A stretch of 64,000 bases of DNA, from assembly GCA_038260405.1 (NCBI GenBank), contig JBBSNW010000004.1:32133-96132 (forward strand). Direction: 5' to 3'. This document shows, piece after piece, positions 26,831-42,273 of the stretch. The notes below the pieces were generated by a model. That model was not told where the DNA came from, made no database searches, and worked only from the letters and a program-made list of their open reading frames with translations. The DNA is from Rhodobacterales bacterium. GTDB lineage: Bacteria > Pseudomonadota > Alphaproteobacteria > Rhodobacterales > Rhodobacteraceae. Each line of letters starts with the position of its first letter. Position 1 is the stretch's first letter. A program made the position numbers and the translations under genes.

Positions 26831-27498
26831 TTCGTGAACTCCAACGCTTGCGAGATATAGAAACCTGAGTTGATCCGCCCGAGGTCGCGCAGGTTTCCGG
26901 TGTCGCGCACCGTTTGTGCCAGCGTGGCATGGGCATGGGGGATCATGATGGGGGACCGGTCGGACCGCGGGAACGCCTTGCCCGCATACCACATCGTCAT
27001 CAGCAGCGGCGTGCGCGGCGCGACTGTGAAGATCACGCTGCCGCGGGTGCGCTTGGCCAGCGTGGCGAGCGCGTTGCGGATATCCGCACCGGTATAATAG
27101 ATCAGGCTGTCCATCGCCATCACATGATCGAACGTGCCCAGATCGGCGGACAGCATGTCCCCGCTCGCAAAGGTCACGTGATCCTGCAGCTCTTGCGGCA
27201 GGCGCTTGCGCGCGATCTCGACCAGCGACGGCGAGATGTCGACCGCCGTCACCAGAGCGCCCCGTGCCGCCAGTTCCGCCGTCATCTGACCGGCGCCGCA
27301 ACCGGCATCGAGCACCCGCAACCCGTTCAGATCCTTCGGCAGAGCCCCCATCATCCGCGCCCGCATCCGGTCACGGCCCTGGCGCACAGTCTCGCGGATC
27401 CGGCTCACGGGAGCGTCAGATGTCAGACGCTCCCATGTGCGGGTCGCGGTGCGGTCGAAATAGTGTTCGACCCGGGCTCTGGTGGCATCGTAGGACAT
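26827..27498 (-). CDS. bchM: Mg-protoporphyrin IX methyltransferase
   Basis: 223 aa. The N-terminus is VEHYFDRTATRTWERLTSDAPVSRIRETVR, and the SAM motif is VLDAGCGAG. Confidence 0.93.
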   Translation of the reverse strand: MSYDATRARVEHYFDRTATRTWERLTSDAPVSRIRETVRQGRDRMRARMMGALPKDLNGLRVLDAGCGAGQMTAELAARGALVTAVDISPSLVEIARKRLPQELQDHVTFASGDMLSADLGTFDHVMAMDSLIYYTGADIRNALATLAKRTRGSVIFTVAPRTPLLMTMWYAGKAFPRSDRSPIMIPHAHATLAQTVRDTGNLRDLGRINSGFYISQALEFTK

Positions 27499-27499
27499 T

Positions 27500-32139
<4,640 letters not shown>

Positions 32140-32150
<11 letters not shown>

Positions 32151-33699
32151 AATGTGCCTTTGCTTCATACAGCGTGTCGACGCTGATTTCGGCAACACCG
32201 CGCTCGACGGCATAGGCCTCCGTGTTTCTCTTGGCCTTGCCGCGGACAAAGAACGGGATCTTCTTCAGTTCCTTTTCGGCGGTGGGCAGCCAGACAATTT
32301 CGATGGGCCCGGTATGGGTGTCGTCGGCATGGCTGCGCGCGGCATGAGCAGCGGGCATGTCGGCTTCGGCTTCCTCGACCCGCGGGACGGCCTTGCCGCC
32401 ATGATGACTTGCGCCCGCATCGTCGTGGAATTCGAAATCGTCGCGGAACATGTGCAGCAGGTGTTCCTCGAGCCCCATGACCAGCGGATGCACCCAGGTG
32501 TCGAAGATCACGTTCGCGCCTTCGATCCCCATCTGCGGAGAGTAGCGAGCGGGGAAATCCTGTACATGGACGGGCGCGGAGATCACGGCGCAGGGGATGC
32601 CTAGACGCTTGCCGATATGGCGCTCCATCTGCGTGCCGAGGATCAGTTCCGGGGCGAGCGCCTCGATCGTACGCTCGACCTCGAGATAATCATCGGTTAT
32701 GAGAGCCTCGACGCCGAAATCCTTGGCGACCGCGCGGATGTTGCGGGCCTGCTCGCGGTTGTAGCAGCCCATGCCGACAACCTCGAAACCCATCTCGTCA
32801 CGCGCGATGCGGGCGCAGGCGGCGACATGCGTACCATCGCCGAAAAGGAAGACGCGCTTGCCGGTGAGATAGGTCGAATCGACGCTTGCCGAATACCAGG
32901 GCATCCGCAGGCGCGATTCGTCGAGTTGCGCCTCCATTCCGGCGAGGCTGGCCACTTCTGCGATGAAATCGCGGGTGGCGCCGATGCCGATGGGCACGGT
33001 CTTGGTGAAGGGCAGGCCCAGCTCGCGCTCCATCCAGCGGCAGGCACTCTCGCCGGTCTCGGGAGACATCAGCACGTTGAAATGCGCGGCACCGAGCCGC
33101 TTGATGTCGGAGGGGGACGAGGTCATCGGCGCCACGGCGTTCACCTCGATCCCCATCTCGAGCAGCAGCCCGGTCAGTTCGGTGATGTCGTCGCGGTGGC
33201 GGAAGCCGAGTGCCGTGGGTCCGATCAGGTTGCAGGTGACGCGGGCGGTCTTTTCGACCGGCTTTGCCAGATGGCGGCAGATCTGGAAGAAGGTCTCGTC
33301 CGCGCCGAAATTTTCCTTGCGCTGGTAGCTCGGGAGTTCCAGCGGGATCATCGGGATCGGCAGGCCCAGCGTTTCGGACATGCCGCCGGGATCGTCCTGA
33401 ATCAGTTCCGCCGTGCAGGAAGCACCGATGATCATCGCTTCGGGCTTGAAGCGCTCATAGGCTTCGAGGCAGGCGGTCTTGAATAGATGCGCCGTGTCGG
33501 AGCCGAGGTCGCGCGCCTGGAAGGTGGTGTAGGTGACGGGCGGGCGGTGGTTGCGGCGCTCGATCATGGTGAAGAGCAGGTCGGCATAGGTGTCGCCCTG
33601 CGGCGCGTGCAGGACGTAGTGCAGGCCGGTCATGCCGGTGGCGACGCGCATTGCGCCGACATGGGGCGGGCCTTCATATGTCCATACAGTGAGCTTCAT
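32140..33699 (-). CDS. bchB: Light-independent protochlorophyllide reductase subunit B
   Basis: Trimmed to the ATG at 33699 ([23 protein letters not shown]...), the canonical BchB/ChlB N-terminus. 519 aa. Confidence 0.95.
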
Positions 33700-33703
33700 G
33701 TCA

Positions 33704-33758
33704 GCGCCGGAATGGGGGCCGGCCCCCACACCCCCGGAGTTTTTCCGGCAAGATGAAG
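33704..33758 (+). repeat. GC-hairpin intergenic repeat, copy c (bchN|bchB spacer)
   Basis: GCGCCGGAATGGGGGCCGGCCCCCACACCCCCGGAGTTTTTCCGGCAAGATGAAG. It begins 5 nt from the bchB start codon. Confidence 0.85.
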
Positions 33759-33772
33759 CAGCGAGGTCAGGA

Positions 33773-35547
<1,775 letters not shown>

Positions 35548-35598
35548 GGTTGATTCCGTGGCTGCTGTTAAGCAAACGTAACTCCCGCCGCGTAAAAG

Positions 35599-35616
35599 TG
35601 TCAATTAAAACTTACA
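35599..35616. promoter_or_regulatory. PpsR/CrtJ-type palindrome upstream of bchF
   Basis: TGTCAATTAAAACTTACA (TGT-N12-ACA), 52 nt upstream of the bchF ATG, in an AT-rich island. Confidence 0.7.
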
Positions 35617-35742
35617 CAATTTGGCTGTCTGCTTTTGAACGGGCCGAATTCCGGTTTTGGGTTAGAATCCTGAGCGTTTCCATTGTTTTGAATGCCGATT
35701 TGGCGAGAATATCTGTTCGATAGCAAGCTCTGCCACGTAATG

Positions 35743-35760
35743 TGTCAATTTTCTTTGACA
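35743..35760. promoter_or_regulatory. PpsR/CrtJ-type palindrome upstream of ppaA
   Basis: TGTCAATTTTCTTTGACA, a perfect TGTc-N10-gACA. Confidence 0.7.
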
Positions 35761-35859
35761 ATTTGATCTGCGGCATTGACTATAAGTGTACATGTTCTGA
35801 GCCATGCTTGCGGAACCGGCCCCTGTGACGCCGCGGCTCTGGTTTGTGGGGATATTGCC

Positions 35860-36648
35860 ATGACGCACGACCAAAGCTCTCATGACCGCGCGCTGGAAGA
35901 AGCCGGCCGCCCGGACATCGCCTTTCTGGCAAGCACGGTCATCAAGACCCTCAACGGCAAGTCCGATGACACCCGGTGTGCGGTGCGCACCAGCATGCTT
36001 CAATGGCTCCTGACGGAATGTCAGCGCAGCGTCGGCTATGACTCGGGCGTGACGCTCGCTGGTTTGCGCAATGGCCGCCTGCTCCCCGACCAGATCGTGG
36101 ACACCTACATACCCGAGGCTGCCCGCGCCCTTGGAGCGATGTGGGCCAGCGACGAGATCAGCTTTGCCCAGGTCACCATCGCGACCGCGCGGCTACAGGA
36201 GCTTCTGACGCATATCTCGGTGCCGTGGTGCCCTGAGGCCTCGAATCTCGAGGATAGCGTTACCATTTTGATGGTTTTGCAGGCAGATGACACCCACAGG
36301 CTGGGCTCGCATGTCGCAATCACGCAGTTGCGCCGCCTGGGCGCCACTGTCCGGGTGCTGTTCGGCACCGATGCTGATACACTTGCAGAGATGGTGACCG
36401 AGGAGAGCTATGACCTGCTGATGTTTTCCTGTTCGAACAAGGACACACTTGCAACCATATCAGAAATCATTAAGTCGGTGAGGTCGCTGGTCGAGGAAGC
36501 CCCGCCCATGGCACTGGGGGGATTGGTGCTTGACCTTGCAGACCGAGTCAAGGAAACCACCGGCGCTGATCTTGTCACGTCCGATGTCAGGGTAGCCTTC
36601 AAGTTGTGTGACCGAAAAAGGCAGAAGTTAAGAACCTTGGCGAAATGA
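35860..36648 (+). CDS. ppaA: Cobalamin-binding antirepressor PpaA/AerR
   Basis: It has a B12-binding-domain signature D-x-H-x-x-G (LQADDTHRLGSHV), followed by RRLGATVRVLFG. It lies directly upstream of ppsR and is coupled to it (ATGA). The start could be ATG 35860 or the upstream in-frame start called by the ORF track at 35776 (it reads TTG to me). Confidence 0.8.
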   Translation: MTHDQSSHDRALEEAGRPDIAFLASTVIKTLNGKSDDTRCAVRTSMLQWLLTECQRSVGYDSGVTLAGLRNGRLLPDQIVDTYIPEAARALGAMWASDEISFAQVTIATARLQELLTHISVPWCPEASNLEDSVTILMVLQADDTHRLGSHVAITQLRRLGATVRVLFGTDADTLAEMVTEESYDLLMFSCSNKDTLATISEIIKSVRSLVEEAPPMALGGLVLDLADRVKETTGADLVTSDVRVAFKLCDRKRQKLRTLAK

Positions 36649-38072
36649 TGAATACGACCCGATCCAGCTTCTGGAGCAATGGCTCCATTCCCTTGATAGA
36701 GCCAGAGCTGTTGTCGAGCATCATCGGTGTGGCTTCGGACATTGCACTCGTCGTCTCCGGAGAAGGTATCATCCTGTCGGTTCTCATCAACCGCAACGAC
36801 ACATCCTTCGGCAATCTGGAACACTGGGAAGGTCGTCACATCCACGACTTCCTGAAGCCGGACAGCCTTCCCAAATTCGACGCCGTGCACCAAGACTACA
36901 AGAACGGCAAGATACCGGTCAAGTCGGTCGAACTCAATCACAGCGACAATGCGAACTGGGAATTCCCGATCCGCTACAGCTTTCACCCTTTCGGCACAGA
37001 GAACGCCCTCCTCATGCTGGGCCGGGACCTGCGGCCCATCGCGGAGACGCAGCGCCAACTCGTGCAGGCGCAAATGTCGCTCGAACAGGGCTATGAATCG
37101 CGCCGGGAATTCGACGCGCGCTATCGCCTTCTTCTGCGCACGGTGCGCGATGCCGTCGTGTTCGTCTCGGTCGCGGATGGGCGGATCAAGGATGCGAACG
37201 ATCCTGCCGCCGCGCTTCTGGGGACAACGCGTGACGAACTTCTCGGTGCCGCGTTCAGCCAGGAATTCCGCGACCGCAAGCGCGAGGAATTCATCGACGG
37301 GCTGGTCAACACCTCTTTTTCCGACGCATCAGTCGGGATGGAGGTCCAGTCGCGCCGGGGTCGCCAGAAGATTATCCTGACGCCTTCCGTGTTCCGCGCG
37401 GGCGGCGAGCGTGTTCTGATCTGCCGCATGACGACGGCCGATGACGTGAAGGCCAAGCATGACGATCTGAGCGTGAATCTGGGTATCCTCTTCGACAAGG
37501 GTGCCGATGCGGTTCTGTTCACCACCATCACGGGTGTCATCCAGTCCTGCAATGACAGCTTTCTGGACCTGATCGACGCCGCGCATCTGGTCGACATCAA
37601 GGGCCGCAACCTGTCCGAATTCCTGGGTCGGGGTCAGATCGACATGTCGGTCCTGATCGAGAATGCCCGCCGCTCCGGTCAGATGCGGATGTATTCGACC
37701 AAGCTGCTGAACGATTTCGGATCCAAGACTGCGATCGAGATGTCGGCCACCTATCTCAATGACCGCACCGAGCCCGAGCTCGGCTTCGTGATCCGCGATG
37801 CGAGCCGCGTCGATGCGATGCGCAAGTCGCCGATGCAGGGCTCCGAGGATTCGAGCCGCAACGTGATGGAACTGGTCGGCTCGGCGACGCTCAAGGAAAT
37901 CGTGACCGAGACCACCGATGTCGTCGAAAAGATGTGCATCGAGACCGCCGTCAGCCTCACGCGGAACAACCGCGTCGCTGCCGCCGAGATGCTGGGCCTG
38001 TCGCGTCAGAGCCTGTACGTGAAACTGCGCAAATACGGCCTGCTCAGCAAGGAAGTGGACGGCGACGCCTGA
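36645..38072 (+). CDS. ppsR: Photosynthesis gene repressor PpsR (CrtJ)
   Basis: 475 aa with PAS-like repeats and a C-terminal Fis-type HTH (VSLTRNNRVAAAEMLGLSRQSLYVKLRKYGLL). Confidence 0.92.
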   Translation: MMNTTRSSFWSNGSIPLIEPELLSSIIGVASDIALVVSGEGIILSVLINRNDTSFGNLEHWEGRHIHDFLKPDSLPKFDAVHQDYKNGKIPVKSVELNHSDNANWEFPIRYSFHPFGTENALLMLGRDLRPIAETQRQLVQAQMSLEQGYESRREFDARYRLLLRTVRDAVVFVSVADGRIKDANDPAAALLGTTRDELLGAAFSQEFRDRKREEFIDGLVNTSFSDASVGMEVQSRRGRQKIILTPSVFRAGGERVLICRMTTADDVKAKHDDLSVNLGILFDKGADAVLFTTITGVIQSCNDSFLDLIDAAHLVDIKGRNLSEFLGRGQIDMSVLIENARRSGQMRMYSTKLLNDFGSKTAIEMSATYLNDRTEPELGFVIRDASRVDAMRKSPMQGSEDSSRNVMELVGSATLKEIVTETTDVVEKMCIETAVSLTRNNRVAAAEMLGLSRQSLYVKLRKYGLLSKEVDGDA

Positions 38073-38147
38073 CGCCGCGCCCCCGCTCTCCGCTAACGGT
38101 TATCGAAGCTCGATCTGGCGTGTTCTAGAACTTGCGGCGACTCGAAA

Positions 38148-38189
38148 TGTCGTGTTTAGTTTACACATGAGTGTCAGCACAGATTTACA
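38148..38189. promoter_or_regulatory. Tandem PpsR/CrtJ-type palindromes flanking and overlapping the bchG start codon
   Basis: TGTCGTGTTTAGTTTACA (38148-38165) and TGTCAGCACAGATTTACA (38172-38189) are 6 bp apart. The bchG ATG is at 38167. Confidence 0.65.
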
Positions 38190-39075
38190 CCCCCGCCAAT
38201 ATCCCGAACCCGCAGCAATGCTGCGGCTGATCAAACCTGTCACATGGTTTCCCCCGATGTGGGCCTATGTTTGCGGGTTGATCGCCTCGGGGCAACCGAT
38301 GCTTGCCAACTGGCCACTGCTCATTCTGGGCGTGCTGCTTGCCGGTCCGATCGTCTGCGGAATGAGCCAGGCGGCAAACGACTGGTGCGACCGGCATGTC
38401 GACGCCATCAACGAGCCCGACCGCCCGATCCCCTCGGGGCGCATACCGGGTCGCTGGGGCCTCTGGATCGCGATCGCAATGTCGGCGCTCTCGCTTGCCG
38501 TCGGTGCGCTGCTCGGCACCTGGGGTTTCATCGCCACGATTGTCGGCGTGCTCGCCGCATGGGCCTATTCCGCCGAACCCGTGCGCCTCAAGCGGTCGGG
38601 CTGGTGGGGGCCGGGCCTCGTGGGTCTGTCCTATGAAACGCTGCCCTGGTTCACCGGCGCCGCGGTCCTGTCGCAGACCCTGCCGGCAACGCCGGTCATC
38701 CTTATCGCCCTGCTCTATGGCATCGGCGCCCACGGGATCATGACGCTCAACGACTTCAAGGCGCTGGAAGGCGACCGCCAGATGGGCGTCAACTCGCTTC
38801 CCGTGACGCTTGGCCCGGAAAAAGCGGCTAAGGTCGCCTGCGTGGTGATGATCATCCCGCAGATCATCGTGATCCTCGCGCTGGCAAAATGGGCTCACCC
38901 CGCCCATGCCGCAGCCGTGATGGCACTGGTCCTCGGCCAGATCTGGGCGATGACGGTGATGCTGCGCGACCCCAAGGCCAAGGCGCCGTGGTACAACGGC
39001 ACAGGGGTCCTCATGTATGTGAGCGGCATGATGGTCTCGGCCTTCGCCCTGCGCACCGTGGAGATGCTTCCATGA
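38167..39075 (+). CDS. bchG: Bacteriochlorophyll a synthase (UbiA-family prenyltransferase)
   Basis: The sequence is MSVSTDLHPRQYPEPAAMLRLIKPVTWFPPMWAYVCG...SQAANDWCDRHVDAINEPDRPIPSGRIP. The track start GTG 38152 was rejected in favour of ATG 38167. Confidence 0.93.
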   Translation: MSVSTDLHPRQYPEPAAMLRLIKPVTWFPPMWAYVCGLIASGQPMLANWPLLILGVLLAGPIVCGMSQAANDWCDRHVDAINEPDRPIPSGRIPGRWGLWIAIAMSALSLAVGALLGTWGFIATIVGVLAAWAYSAEPVRLKRSGWWGPGLVGLSYETLPWFTGAAVLSQTLPATPVILIALLYGIGAHGIMTLNDFKALEGDRQMGVNSLPVTLGPEKAAKVACVVMIIPQIIVILALAKWAHPAHAAAVMALVLGQIWAMTVMLRDPKAKAPWYNGTGVLMYVSGMMVSAFALRTVEMLP

Positions 39076-40376
39076 CTCTCAGCTGGTTCTCGATCCTGCG
39101 TCTCGGCCTCGTTCAGATGGCCTTGGGGGCGGTTGTCGTCCTGACGACAGCGACGATGAACCGGGTGATGGTGGTCGAGCTGGCACTTCCGGCGATCCTG
39201 CCCGGCCTGCTGGTCTCTCTTTACTATGGCATGCAGTTCCTGCGCCCGCGTTTCGGCCATGATGCCGATGCGGGTGGCCGCCGCGTGCCCTGGATCATCG
39301 GCGGCGTCGCGGTTCTGGGCCTCGGCGCCCTCGGCGCGGCCCTGTCTGTCGGCCTCATGGGCCGTTCCGCGCCGCTCGGGATCGCCGCCGCGATCCCTTC
39401 CTTTATCCTCATCGGCCTTGGCATCGGCGCAGGCGGCACCAACCTTCTGGCGCTGCTCGCCTCCCGTGTGGCGGATGGACGGCAGGCTGCCGCGGGCAGT
39501 GCTGTCTGGATCATGATGATCTTCGGCCTTGCGGCAACCGGCATCACCGCCGGCATCCTGCTCGACCCCTACAGCCCGGCGCGGCTCGTCGCCGTCACCG
39601 CAGGTGTCGGCGTCGTAGCGCTGATCCTCGCGATCATCGGCACCTGGGGGCAGGAGCGGGTCCCGGCCAAGGCACGGCCCAAACCCAACCGGGACCTGAG
39701 CTTTGCACAGGTTGCCCGCGAGCTCTGGGCCGATGCGCGGGTGCGCCGCTTCACCATCTTCGTCTTCGCCTCGATGCTCGCCTACAACCTGCAGGATCTC
39801 ATTCTCGAGCCCTACTCCGGCCATGTCTTCGGCCTGACGGTCGGTCAAAGCACGCAGCTCGGCGGGATGCACCATGCGGGCGCCCTTGTCGGCATGCTGG
39901 CGGTGCTGCTCTCGGGCACGCTGCTGGCGCGGTGGGTCGTGGTGCCGATCCGGGTCTGGATCGTCGGCGGCTGCCTCCTCTCGGGCATGTCCCTTCTTGC
40001 GCTCGCCTGGGGCGGTATACATGCCACGATCTGGCCGCTCGCCGCCAACGTCTTCACCCTCGGCTTTGCCAATGGCTGCTTTGCCGTGGCGGCCATCGGC
40101 GCGATGATGACCCTCGCCCGCGAAGGCGACGAATCCCGCGAAGGCATCCGCATGGGCATCTTCGGCGCGGCGCAGGCCATCGCCTTCGGCCTCGGCTCCT
40201 TCCTCGGCACCGCGGCCACCGACATCACGCGCAGTTTCATGGCCTCGGACGCCTTGGCCTACGGCTCCGTATTCGCGGCCGAAGGCCTGGTTTTCCTGAT
40301 TGCAGCCATTCTGGCACTGAACCTCACAACAGACAAAGTGGCGGAACCTGACACCGCCCTCGTACCGGGAGAATGA
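39072..40376 (+). CDS. PucC/LhaA-family (BCD MFS) protein, equivalent in position to Rhodobacter orf428
   Basis: Trimmed to the ATG at 39072, which overlaps the bchG stop (ATGA). 434 aa with about 12 TM segments, including LRLGLVQMALGAVVVLTTATMNRVMVVEL. Confidence 0.85.
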   Translation: MTLSWFSILRLGLVQMALGAVVVLTTATMNRVMVVELALPAILPGLLVSLYYGMQFLRPRFGHDADAGGRRVPWIIGGVAVLGLGALGAALSVGLMGRSAPLGIAAAIPSFILIGLGIGAGGTNLLALLASRVADGRQAAAGSAVWIMMIFGLAATGITAGILLDPYSPARLVAVTAGVGVVALILAIIGTWGQERVPAKARPKPNRDLSFAQVARELWADARVRRFTIFVFASMLAYNLQDLILEPYSGHVFGLTVGQSTQLGGMHHAGALVGMLAVLLSGTLLARWVVVPIRVWIVGGCLLSGMSLLALAWGGIHATIWPLAANVFTLGFANGCFAVAAIGAMMTLAREGDESREGIRMGIFGAAQAIAFGLGSFLGTAATDITRSFMASDALAYGSVFAAEGLVFLIAAILALNLTTDKVAEPDTALVPGE

Positions 40377-41557
40377 GAATGTTCGATGTCGTTGTCGTGG
40401 GCGGAGGCCCCTCGGGCGCCACAGCCGCCGAAGATCTGGCCCGTTCCGGTCACGCTGTCGCCCTTCTCGACCGCGACGGACGCATCAAGCCCTGCGGCGG
40501 CGCCATTCCTCCCCGCCTGATGCAGGATTTCGCCATCACCGAGGATCAGCTTGTGGCCAAGGTCAACACCGCCCGCATGATCTCTCCTTCCGGGCGACAT
40601 GTGGACATCCCGATCGAGAACGGCTTCGTCGGAATGGTCGACCGCAAGGATTTCGACCCCTTCCTGCGCAACCGCGCCGAGCAGGCCGGGGCCGAGCGCT
40701 TTACCGGCACCTATATCCGGATCGAGCGTGAGGGAAAGAAGCGCTTCGTCGTCTATCGCGACAAGGAGAGCGGCGAGGAGCGCAGGCTCCAGACCCGGCT
40801 GATCATCGGTGCCGACGGCGCACGCTCCAAGGTGGCGCGCCAGCACGTGCCCGGCGGCGACCGCATTCCCTACGTCCTCGCCTATCACGAGATCATCGAG
40901 GCGCCCGAAGCCAATGCGGTCTATGACCCGCTGCGCTGCGACGTGATCTATGACGGTGCGATCTCTCCGGACTTCTACGGCTGGGTCTTTCCGCATGGCG
41001 GCACAACCAGCGTCGGCATGGGCACGATCCTGCCGGACGTTAATCTCAAGGATGCCACCAGGGCGCTGCGCCTCGCCTCCGGCCTCGCAGACTGCAAGAC
41101 CCTGCGCCGCGAAGGTGCGCCGATCCCGCTGAAACCACTGCGGTTCTGGGACAATGCCAATGACGTCGTGCTGGCCGGTGACGCCGCCGGCGTGGTCGCC
41201 CCCTCCTCCGGCGAAGGCATCTACTATGCGATGGTCGGCGGACGCGTGGCCGCGACGGCTGCGGCCGCGACGCTGGTATCGGGCCGGATCACCGACCTCG
41301 CCCTCGCGCGGCGGCTCTTCATGCGCGAACACAAGCAGGTGTTCCGCGTGCTCGGCGCGATGCAGGACGCGTATTACCGCAGCGATTCGCGCCGCGAACG
41401 CTTCGTGTCGCTCTGCCACGACATCGACGTTCAAAAGCTGACCTTCGAGGCCTATATGAACAAGAAGCTGGTCAAGGCGCGCCCGATGGCGCATCTCAAG
41501 ATCGGGATCAAGAACCTCAGCCACCTCACCGGCCTCGTACGGGAGACCTATGTATGA
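40373..41557 (+). CDS. bchP: Geranylgeranyl-bacteriochlorophyll reductase
   Basis: 394 aa with the FAD motif FDVVVVGGGPSGATAAEDLA and KPCGGAIPPRL. ATGA couplings on both sides. Confidence 0.93.
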   Translation: MRMFDVVVVGGGPSGATAAEDLARSGHAVALLDRDGRIKPCGGAIPPRLMQDFAITEDQLVAKVNTARMISPSGRHVDIPIENGFVGMVDRKDFDPFLRNRAEQAGAERFTGTYIRIEREGKKRFVVYRDKESGEERRLQTRLIIGADGARSKVARQHVPGGDRIPYVLAYHEIIEAPEANAVYDPLRCDVIYDGAISPDFYGWVFPHGGTTSVGMGTILPDVNLKDATRALRLASGLADCKTLRREGAPIPLKPLRFWDNANDVVLAGDAAGVVAPSSGEGIYYAMVGGRVAATAAAATLVSGRITDLALARRLFMREHKQVFRVLGAMQDAYYRSDSRRERFVSLCHDIDVQKLTFEAYMNKKLVKARPMAHLKIGIKNLSHLTGLVRETYV

Positions 41558-42090
41558 CCATCGAAATTCCCGCCTGGGTGAATGGAACTCTGGTTCCGGT
41601 GGACAAGCTCGAAGCGCATGTCAAAGGCTTGCGCCACAAGGCCGTGTCCATCTTCGTCACCCGCGGGAAAGACGTGCTGATCCAGCGCCGGGCGATGGGA
41701 AAGTACCATACGCCCGGTCTCTGGGCTAATACCTGCTGCACCCATCCCGAATGGGAGGAATCGAGCCTCGACTGCGCGAACCGGCGCCTGTCCGAGGAAC
41801 TCGGGATCACCGGCCTCGCCCCCGATTACCGGGACCGCGTGGAATACCGCGCCGATGTGGGGAACGGGCTGATCGAACACGAGGTCGTGGACATCTTCGT
41901 GGCCGAAGCATCAGCCGATATGGTCGTCGATCCCAACCCGACCGAAGTGATGGAAACCCGGTGGCTGAGCTATGACAGCCTGCTGGCCGAGGTCAGGGCC
42001 ACCCCGTCGGCTTTCACGCCGTGGCTGCGGATCTATCTCGACACCTATGCAGAGCGCATCTTCACGCCGGACATTCTCGCGCGCGCCTGA
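41554..42090 (+). CDS. idi: Isopentenyl-diphosphate delta-isomerase, type 1 (Nudix)
   Basis: 178 aa with HKAVSIFV...LIQRRA..K.HTPGLWANTCCTHP and the EHEVVDIF catalytic region. Confidence 0.9.
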   Translation: MTIEIPAWVNGTLVPVDKLEAHVKGLRHKAVSIFVTRGKDVLIQRRAMGKYHTPGLWANTCCTHPEWEESSLDCANRRLSEELGITGLAPDYRDRVEYRADVGNGLIEHEVVDIFVAEASADMVVDPNPTEVMETRWLSYDSLLAEVRATPSAFTPWLRIYLDTYAERIFTPDILARA

Positions 42091-42186
42091 AAGCAGCCCT
42101 TCGGCCGCGACACACCGAAGCCCACAGACCACCTGCATCTTTCACCGATCACCCCGAACCTCGGCAACGGAGGACACCTCCCCCGT

Positions 42187-42248
42187 TTCTCCGGGTCTCA
42201 AATATCCCGGGGGAGTCGCCACAGGCGACGGGGGCAGCGCCCCCATCC
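42187..42248 (-). repeat. GC-hairpin intergenic repeat, copy d (idi><dxs spacer), with an internal palindromic insertion
   Basis: Reverse complement: GGATGGGGGCGCTGCCCCCGTCGCCTGTGGCGACTCCCCCGGGATATTTGAGACCCGGAGAA. Confidence 0.85.
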
Positions 42249-42273
42249 TCCCTTCCGGACAGATCCCAATCCC

